Source: Antedon mediterranea
Taxonomy: Eukaryota > Animalia > Echinodermata
DNA length: 64,000 nt
Direction of reading: 5' to 3'
Assembly (NCBI RefSeq): GCF_964355755.1
Contig: NC_092675.1
Location: forward strand, 6,319,812 to 6,383,811
Part shown: one piece after another, positions 62,717-64,000 of the stretch
How positions within the stretch are numbered: position 1 is the stretch's first letter
How the letters are laid out: the number at the start of each line of letters is the position of its first letter
Translations under genes and position numbers: made by a program
Notes under the pieces: model-generated
What the model saw: the letters and a program-made list of their open reading frames with translations, nothing else
Told to the model about the DNA's origin: nothing
Database searches by the model: none

Positions 62717-62905
62717 ACTCACTAGCCTTGGCCTAATGTTCAGTAACTTCCTTGAACTTTAAAATATTTAATCTCTTAAAATCTAATAAATTTAAGTTTA
62801 AGTATAATACAAAACTAAAAAAAAAGTATCAGTAATTTACGAAATAATTGAGCAAGAGTTTCCTGTTTCCAAAACGGAATTAGGCCTTAGTTGGAAAATC
62901 CCTTT
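62717..62905 (-). promoter_or_regulatory. Putative promoter and non-coding exon 1 of TRIM B with kappaB-consensus site
   Basis: GGGATTTTCC (minus) at 62893-62902; identical block 62835-62854; candidate donor gtgagt at 62722-62717 aligns with the paralogue donor. Confidence 0.55.
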
Positions 62906-63254
62906 CATAATTAGCATCATGACCAGGTATATAAAATATACCAAATTGGCTAGTTGAGAATTCTCAACTATTACCGCAGTACGCCTGTAACGACGAAGCC
63001 TACCGGTATAATGGGATAGGCTGATTTCCTTGTTAACTTAAGGGGTCATTTAATTACTGAATTATGATTGGTAGTAAAGGAAATTTACTGGAATCCTATT
63101 GGATGGTAAGGTGGTAGTAGGACCATGTCCATCCCATTGCAGTAATAAAGTTGAGCCACCTGCGACCATTACAATGTCCTACCATGCTAATGTAGGAGTG
63201 GGGAAATGTTATGCTTACTACTGTTTCTTTTAATAATTTAGTACAATTAATAAG

Positions 63255-64000
63255 AATAAAGAATACTGTACACTTAACAATATACAACAAATAACATTAA
63301 TGTACGATGTAGTTTAACACTGTTCTCAACTATAGTCATTTTGGTATACTTGAGCACATTGATAAAGAATAGGATAAACTTAACAATATACAACAAATAA
63401 CATTAATGTACGATCCCGTTTAACACTGTTCTCAACTATAGTCATTTTGGTATACTTGAGCACAGTGATAAAGAATAGGATAAACTTAACAATATACAAC
63501 AACAATGTACGATCCCGTTTAACACTGTTCTCAACTATAGTCATTTTGGTATACTTGAGCACAGTGATAAAGAATAGGATAAACTTAACAATATACAACA
63601 AAAAACATTAATGTACGATCCAGTTTAACACTGTTCTCAACTATAGTCATTTTGGTATACTTGAGAACAGTTATAAAGAATAGGATAAACTTAACAATAT
63701 ACAACAAAAAACATTAATGTACGATCCCGATTAACACTGTTCTCAACTATAGTCATTTTGGTATACTTAAGCACAGTGATAAAGAATAGGATAAACTTAG
63801 CAATATACAACAAAAAACATTAATGTACGATCCAGTTTAACACTGTTCTCAACTATAGTCATTTTGGTATACTTGAGAACAGTGATAAAGAATAGGATAA
63901 ACTTAACAATATACAACAAAAAACATTAATGTACGATCCCGTTTAACACTGTTCTCAACTATAGTCATTTTGGTATACTTGAGCACAGTGATAAAGAATA
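63255..64000. repeat. 106-bp tandem repeat, >=7 copies, runs off window end
   Basis: tgtacgat at 63301, 63407, 63506, 63612, 63718, 63824, 63930 (one unit lacks 7 bp). Confidence 0.97.

Noticed and set aside
63380-63601. Repetitive 73-aa ORF
   Set aside because: By-product of the 106-bp tandem repeat; unit length is not a multiple of three.

Overview
AT-rich animal (invertebrate, probably deuterostome or echinoderm; taxon is inference) genomic DNA with spliceosomal introns and many transposon relics. Four protein-coding genes were assembled by hand from GT-AG boundaries and frame continuity. (1) A 10-coding-exon, ~550-aa class I cytokine receptor on + (8347-32946): signal peptide, four-Cys/WSxWS-type module, one extra FnIII, TM, Box1 and a Tyr-rich tail; almost invisible in the ORF track. 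(2) A convergent type I membrane protein on - (50623 to ~38259): signal peptide, YWTD beta-propeller, EGF, Sushi, TM; it contains a dead second EGF exon. (3,4) Two tandem RING-Bbox-Bbox-coiled-coil (TRIM) paralogues on - with mosaic divergence and a shared kappaB-consensus site upstream. The TRIM duplication carried along a pseudo-exon of gene 2, and each TRIM 5'-UTR intron holds a foldback element. The rest is LINE fragments (CR1/L2/RTE), SINEs, MITEs and several minisatellites. No CRISPR, rRNA or prokaryotic features.
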